Of a DNA stretch of 25,434 nt, positions 25,387-25,434 are shown in pieces (the stretch's first letter is position 1; every line of letters starts with the position of its first letter). The notes under the pieces are model-generated. The model was not told the DNA's origin. It worked only from the letters and a program-made list of their open reading frames with translations, and made no database searches. The stretch comes from a virus (lineage: Duplodnaviria; Heunggongvirae; Uroviricota; Caudoviricetes): IMG/VR virus record IMGVR_UViG_2681813267_000002; one strand, 5' to 3'. Position numbers and translations under genes: made by a program.

Positions 25387-25434
25387 GGTGATGCTGCCAA
25401 CTTACTGATTTAGTGTATGATGGTGTTTTTGAGG
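25387..25434 (+). mobile_element. IS1 insertion sequence, left terminal inverted repeat and first 48 bp (truncated by the window end)
   Basis: GGTGATGCTGCCAACTTACTGATTTAGTGTATGATGGTGTTTTTGAGG matches the IS1 left end as I recall it (23-bp terminal repeat GGTGATGCTGCCAACTTACTGAT followed by the insA leader). Confidence 0.88.

Overview
This window is the late (morphogenesis) region of a lambda-type siphovirus prophage, read from just upstream of cos through the tail fibre genes, and I found no clearly novel biological system in the visible sequence. The order is cos, nu1, A, W, B, C/nu3, D, E, FI, FII, Z, U, V, G/G-T, H, M, L, K, I, J, lom, stf, tfa, all on the + strand, with lambda-like lengths and overlaps. 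cos lies inside contiguous DNA, so this is an integrated or circular form, not a packaged linear genome. The left edge (1-902) carries AT-rich minus-strand accessory genes. The right edge (24573-25434) is AT-rich, contains a 375-nt N run, and ends in the left terminal repeat of an IS1 element. Points worth a second look are a non-canonical cosN, a 72-nt N gap flanked by an in-frame duplication inside J, a divergent J C-terminus, a 3'-frameshifted lom, an extended intact stf, and a leftward terminator pointing into the masked right-hand region. All family assignments rest on reading the translations and on recalled lambda biology; no database search was run.
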